Translations under genes and position numbers: made by a program
The notes under the pieces: generated by a model
Database searches by the model: none
Seen by the model: the letters and a program-made list of their open reading frames with translations, nothing else
What the model was told of the DNA's origin: nothing
Part shown: one piece after another, positions 25,075 to 28,627 of the stretch
Position numbering within the stretch: position 1 is the stretch's first letter
Layout: every line of letters begins with the position of its first letter
NCBI GenBank assembly: GCA_039920445.1
Contig: JBDSDS010000242.1
Coordinates: 1-28,627, forward strand
Source of the DNA: Chloroflexia bacterium
GTDB lineage: Bacteria > Chloroflexota > Chloroflexia > QHBQ01 > JADMIH01
DNA: 28,627 nt
Direction: 5' to 3'

Positions 25075-25182
25075 ATGAATAGACCTATCGTTACACAGTA
25101 CAGGGGCTGCATGTTTGGCCTGGCTATCGGAGATGCCCTCGACCTGCGAGAAGAGCATACGCCACAACCCCAGCGAGTCTAA
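25075..25182 (+). pseudogene. 5' stub of an ADP-ribosylglycohydrolase (DraG/ARH family) gene
   Basis: MNRPIVTQYRGCMFGLAIGDAL matches the ARH N-terminal motif (R.RGCL.GLAIGDALG); similarity ends at 25140 and the frame stops at 25182. Confidence 0.8.
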
Positions 25183-25192
25183 TAAAAGCTAA

Positions 25193-25732
25193 GTGCCCTC
25201 TAATCCCCCCATCGAGATAATCCGCTCGCCCAACCGCACCAGGACCGCCACCGCCCGCATGGTGGATGGCAAGCTTGTTATCCGCGTACCTGCCAACCTC
25301 TCGCCCGAAGAGGAGCGCGACCTGGTCGATAAGCTCGTTCCTCGAGTGTTGAAGAAGGAAAGGCGGCGTGCAGTCGGTGAGGGAAAGCTGCCCAACCTCA
25401 AGCGCCGGGCGGCAGACCTCAACGAGAAATACTTCGGCGGCAGGCTACAGGTACGGGAGATAAAGTGGGTCTCCAACCAGGAAAAGCGCTACGGCTCGTG
25501 TACACCCGCGACGGCAACGATACGCATCTCCGACCGTGTTGCGACACTACCATTGTGGGTGCTCGACTACGTGCTGGTTCACGAGCTATCCCATCTGGTA
25601 GAAGCCAACCACTCGGCGAGGTTCTGGAAGCTGGTCGCCAAATATCCCCTGGCAGAAAGAGCGAGAGGGTATCTCATGGCTATAGGGTTGGAAGGGGATG
25701 CGGGGCCGGATGACGAGGATGTGATGGATTAG
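25193..25732 (+). CDS. M48/YgjP-like (DUF45) zinc metallopeptidase-family protein
   Basis: IEIIRSPNRTRT, RYGSCT, IRISDR, LDYVLVHELSHL (HExxH), NHSARFWKLV. Confidence 0.9.
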   Translation: MPSNPPIEIIRSPNRTRTATARMVDGKLVIRVPANLSPEEERDLVDKLVPRVLKKERRRAVGEGKLPNLKRRAADLNEKYFGGRLQVREIKWVSNQEKRYGSCTPATATIRISDRVATLPLWVLDYVLVHELSHLVEANHSARFWKLVAKYPLAERARGYLMAIGLEGDAGPDDEDVMD

Positions 25733-25796
25733 GGGTTAGCAAAAATTTTGCCCACTGAGGAAGCAACATCGGACTCTAAGGACAGGAAGTGATGGT

Positions 25797-26648
25797 ATGA
25801 GTAAAGCACCAAGATGGAAAACAATGAAGTTCAGCGCCCAGAGCATCTTCGAACTCCAAGAATCCGAAGATGAGAAAGACTGGGGAGGCGTGGAGCGTTT
25901 GGTAAAACGGGCTAAAACAGCAGAGATCATAGCTGTTCTAGCGGAAACAGATCACCCTGATGTGCGCGCTGTTCTGTGCTATGGATTAGGTAGGCGCTGT
26001 GCTATCGAAGCCGTGCCAGTGCTTATTGACTGTCTTCACGACCCAGACGGAAGGGTATGTACAGAGGCTGCGGAAGCATTGGGAAATATCGGTGATCCTC
26101 GCGCTGGCCCAGTACTATTTGAGCAGTTCTGTGGACCGACAAAGTGTAGTGAAAATCTGCTGGCTTATGCTTTAGGTGCTGTGGGATACCGGCCCGCAAT
26201 TCCGAAGCTCATTGAAGCACTTGCAGATCCCGATCTACGTGGATCAGCTACCATATCTCTTGGCAGCCTCGGTGTTGTAGAAGCAAAGGCAGCTTTGCAG
26301 GACGCCCTGAACAATGAAACAGATTCTGAAAGCGTAAGAAAACTCATAAAGCGAGCTTTATCGGCTATTGAGGTAGTTACTAACACACTTGATGCGAAGA
26401 GTATACAATCAGTATTGCCCTCTATCATTGAGGCACTCGAAGCCTCTGATCCCCTACCCAATCGAGCTGCAGTCCGGGCACTCACTATAATGGGAAATAT
26501 CGAAGCTGAAGATATACTCCGAGATAAGCTTTCTCGGAGTATGGACGAGTGTGGATTGACACAACGCATACAGGAGGCCTTAAAGGATATAGAGCCACGT
26601 AATTCCCAAGGGGCGTACCCTGCTGATGAGGCTGCGGCTGATCTATAG
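25797..26648 (+). CDS. HEAT-repeat (PBS lyase/HEAT_2-like) protein
   Basis: Repeated AVPVLIDCLHDPDGRVCTEAAEALGNIGDPRA, AIPKLIEALADPDLRGSATISLG, IIEALEASDPLPNRAAVRAL. Confidence 0.85.
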   Translation: MSKAPRWKTMKFSAQSIFELQESEDEKDWGGVERLVKRAKTAEIIAVLAETDHPDVRAVLCYGLGRRCAIEAVPVLIDCLHDPDGRVCTEAAEALGNIGDPRAGPVLFEQFCGPTKCSENLLAYALGAVGYRPAIPKLIEALADPDLRGSATISLGSLGVVEAKAALQDALNNETDSESVRKLIKRALSAIEVVTNTLDAKSIQSVLPSIIEALEASDPLPNRAAVRALTIMGNIEAEDILRDKLSRSMDECGLTQRIQEALKDIEPRNSQGAYPADEAAADL

Positions 26649-26677
26649 TAGGCGCAAATAGAGCGGTAAATCTAAGT

Positions 26678-27157
26678 CTATAGCAGGGACAAATAGCGTA
26701 CTTGTCCCTGCCACTCGCTTTCAAAGCTGGCAGCTATCATCAGGAGTATAGCATCTATAGCTGGTCCAATCCGAACAGAGCGACTCACCTCCAGGACGCC
26801 CGACATCGGCTTGTTTGTACGAACGCGCTGGTATGCATAACCAGCCATTGTTGTCACATCGTGCGTGAGTAGTATTCTGTCCCCTTGCGCGGCCCACTCA
26901 AGCACCTCCGGATCACCCACGCCGCTCAAACCCACATCTTGAGCCCGAAGGATGTCTAAATTCGGCATCTGGCGCAACAAGCCTCTAAGAACGCCTAACA
27001 AAACCTGTAGGGGCAGGCGCGGGGGCATGCCCTTTTGGGTATGCATTCAGCCTGGGCAGGCACGGGGCCTGCCCCTATAGAGAATGTCGTTGAAGGTTTT
27101 GTTAGGCGTTCTAAGTATGTCATTGTTGAAGTTCTCATCAGCCAGGAATTGAGGCAA
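26678..27157 (-). pseudogene. DUF5615 PIN-like toxin interrupted by a MITE
   Basis: TTG 27157 gives (M)PQFLADENFNNDILR, then the insertion, then GLLRQMPNLDILRAQDVGLSG..DPEVLEWAA...ILLTHD. Removing 126 nt restores a 117-aa ORF. Confidence 0.9.
26989..27111. mobile_element. 123-bp MITE with 18-bp perfect TIRs and a TAA target duplication (IS5/IS1031-like ends); internal REP doublet
   Basis: GAACGCCTAACAAAACCT (26989-27006) and AGGTTTTGTTAGGCGTTC (27094-27111); TAA at 26986-26988 and 27112-27114. An alternative boundary gives a CTAAG 5-bp duplication. Confidence 0.88.
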
Positions 27158-27484
27158 CTACCGGCTCTCACGGGCGATCAGGCGCTCGCGCAACTCCTGC
27201 AGGTCAACAGGGGAAGCATATCGTCTTCTTGCGGCGTCCGCCCGTGCCTCTCGCTCACTCAGGTACGCTTCGACCTCCTCCCGTCGCCGTAAATAATATC
27301 CTATTGCAAAGTAGATGTCGGCCAACTTGAGCGAAGGGTATTGCTGCATAATCTCTTCAGCGGTCGCACCTTCTTTGAAGGCCCCTACAACTGTGTTGAG
27401 AGTTACCCGTGTGCCACCAACACGTAGAGACCCGCCTGTATCCATCTTTAGCGGTATTGTTTCCTTTGTAATTGATAATGCCAT
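27158..27484 (-). CDS. DUF433-family antitoxin (partner of the DUF5615 toxin); alternative TTG start at 27505
   Basis: LRVGGTRVTL..VV.AFKEGATAEEIMQQYPSLKLADIYFAIGYY; its TAG directly abuts the toxin TTG. Confidence 0.9.
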   Translation of the reverse strand: MALSITKETIPLKMDTGGSLRVGGTRVTLNTVVGAFKEGATAEEIMQQYPSLKLADIYFAIGYYLRRREEVEAYLSEREARADAARRRYASPVDLQELRERLIARESR

Positions 27485-27523
27485 CTTTGTGCCCTTCCTA
27501 ATCAAGATACATCCTCCATATGG

Positions 27524-28627
27524 CTACTGCAACCCCTGCACTAACCCCGAATACTTGTCCACCAACTGCCTTGCTTCCGCATCCGTGTCGGCTTCGGCTA
27601 TGACGTGGAAGAGAGGGCGGTCGGCATCTGGCAGGATAAGCGCCCACTCGCCATTGCCGAGGTTGATCTTCACGCCGTCAACCTGCTTGGCTGTGTTATC
27701 GCGGTACTGCTCGTTCAGGATACGCATCACGCGGCCCTTGTCTTCCCACCGGCACGGCACTCGCGTGGAAGCCATTGCGTATCTGGGCAGGTTCTCGATG
27801 GCCTGCGTAAATCTGGTCTTGGAAAGCGCCGTCAGCTCCATAAGCTTGGCTATGGCGAACAGGCCATCTGCGGTCGGTTGGAAAGGCGGGAAGATAAACG
27901 ACCCCTGCCCATCGCCCGCTACCACCACTCCCTGCTTGAGCGCCGCCGACATGAGCGCATAGGAGTTGAAGCGGGTGCGCACGATCTCCGCGCCGTGCTT
28001 CTTTGCTATTTCCTCGAATATCGACGGGGCGTACACAGGCACCACTATCGATTTTGGGTTTTGGGTTTTGGGTTTTGGATTAGTGGAGTCGCCATCAACG
28101 GAGTCCTCATTCTGCGCCTGGGATTTGGCATCTTCGTTCGCCTGCGACAGCGCGAGGTCGCACACCACCGCGAGGGCCGTCATGCCTGTTACTTGCTGGC
28201 CTTGCTCGTCAACGAAGTATATGCGCTCGCCAGCCGTATCGAGGCGCACCCCGAAGCCTGCCTGTAGCGTCTTGGTTATCGCGCCCAGCCGCTCCATTGC
28301 CTTCTCGAATTGCTCTGGCGTCTGGTAAAGCTGCTGCTCCTGTACCACAGCGTTGATAGCCACCACGTCTGCATGCAGCTTGCCGAGCAGAGCGGGCAGG
28401 ATGAAGCTGGGCGAGGAGTGCGCGTAGTCAACCGCGATACGGCTATAGCCCTCACCATCTCGAACCGCTTCAATATTCAATTGCGACAGGTAATCCTTTG
28501 CATAAAGCTGCTCGACATCGTTCGCATAATCAATCCTTCCAACATCTTCCAGGTAGACGCGGCGGAAGTCCTCTCGGAAGAAAAGGCCCTCTACTTTGCG
28601 CTCGGTCGCCTTGTCGAGGTCGAGGCC
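27524..28627 (-). CDS. C-terminal phosphomannomutase-like part of a mannose-1-phosphate guanylyltransferase/PMM-type protein; 5' end is outside the window
   Basis: The frame is open to the window edge: ERKVEGLFFREDFRRV, IAVDYA, LDTAGERIYFVDEQG, GDGQGSFIFPPFQP.ADG, VPCRWEDKGRVMR, DGVKI, LILPDADRP. Confidence 0.85.
   Translation of the reverse strand, partial: GLDLDKATERKVEGLFFREDFRRVYLEDVGRIDYANDVEQLYAKDYLSQLNIEAVRDGEGYSRIAVDYAHSSPSFILPALLGKLHADVVAINAVVQEQQLYQTPEQFEKAMERLGAITKTLQAGFGVRLDTAGERIYFVDEQGQQVTGMTALAVVCDLALSQANEDAKSQAQNEDSVDGDSTNPKPKTQNPKSIVVPVYAPSIFEEIAKKHGAEIVRTRFNSYALMSAALKQGVVVAGDGQGSFIFPPFQPTADGLFAIAKLMELTALSKTRFTQAIENLPRYAMASTRVPCRWEDKGRVMRILNEQYRDNTAKQVDGVKINLGNGEWALILPDADRPLFHVIAEADTDAEARQLVDKYSGLVQGLQ
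28052..28079. repeat. TTTTGGR heptamer array translated inside the PMM-like gene
   Basis: TTTTGGG x3 plus TTTTGGA; encodes NPKPKTQNPK within a low-complexity loop. Confidence 0.9.

Noticed and set aside
26992-27109. GCCTAAC...GTTAGGC looks like integron attC R''/R' core sites
   Set aside because: It sits mid-gene with an 18-bp perfect TIR and a target duplication rather than after a cassette stop, and there is no integrase or cassette array. A MITE fits better.
1577-28473. Many 60-225-aa antisense or alternate-frame ORFs (for example 16990-17667, 27605-28267, 23020-23646, 15879-16457)
   Set aside because: They are fully nested in well-supported genes with no recognisable motifs, as expected for shadow ORFs in GC-rich DNA.

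Overview
A 28.6-kb bacterial chromosomal window, most likely from Chloroflexota (inferred from the YFPET..FERA repeat protein, an LPXTG-type anchored protein, the FFREDFRR nucleotidyltransferase/PMM family and 7-nt/9-nt dispersed repeats). It has no rRNA, tRNA, CRISPR array or intact transposase. About 22 intact genes lie here: a NarL-type regulator, a DnaE-like protein, DUF5946, a lipoprotein, a methyltransferase, a STAND-LuxR regulator, an NTF2/SnoaL surface protein, a Phd/YefM-VapC TA pair, hisS, MATE, YfhO, GT4, PrsW, an alpha/beta hydrolase, a secreted repeat protein, a PAS histidine kinase, an M48 peptidase, a HEAT protein, DUF433 and a partial PMM-like gene. The most unusual signals are: (1) a full-length 1247-aa DnaE paralog that appears to have lost all three polymerase aspartates and most PHP metal ligands but keeps the HhH, a clamp-motif remnant, the OB fold and the C-terminal domain; it sits next to a response regulator with Glu at the phosphoacceptor site; (2) a TA module lying between an orphaned, diverged 5' stub of hisS and the working hisS, which now follows vapC directly; (3) a 123-bp MITE (18-bp TIRs, TAA duplication) carrying a GTAG REP doublet that splits a DUF5615 PIN toxin; (4) a collapsed islet of gene stubs (DUF1156 methylase, restriction-associated pseudogene, ADP-ribosylglycohydrolase); (5) an identical 13-mer at the start sites of two consensus sigma70 promoters; and (6) pervasive heptamer and nonamer repeats that form hairpins, supply stop codons and are translated inside proteins. 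All family assignments come from motif recognition by eye, not from database searches.
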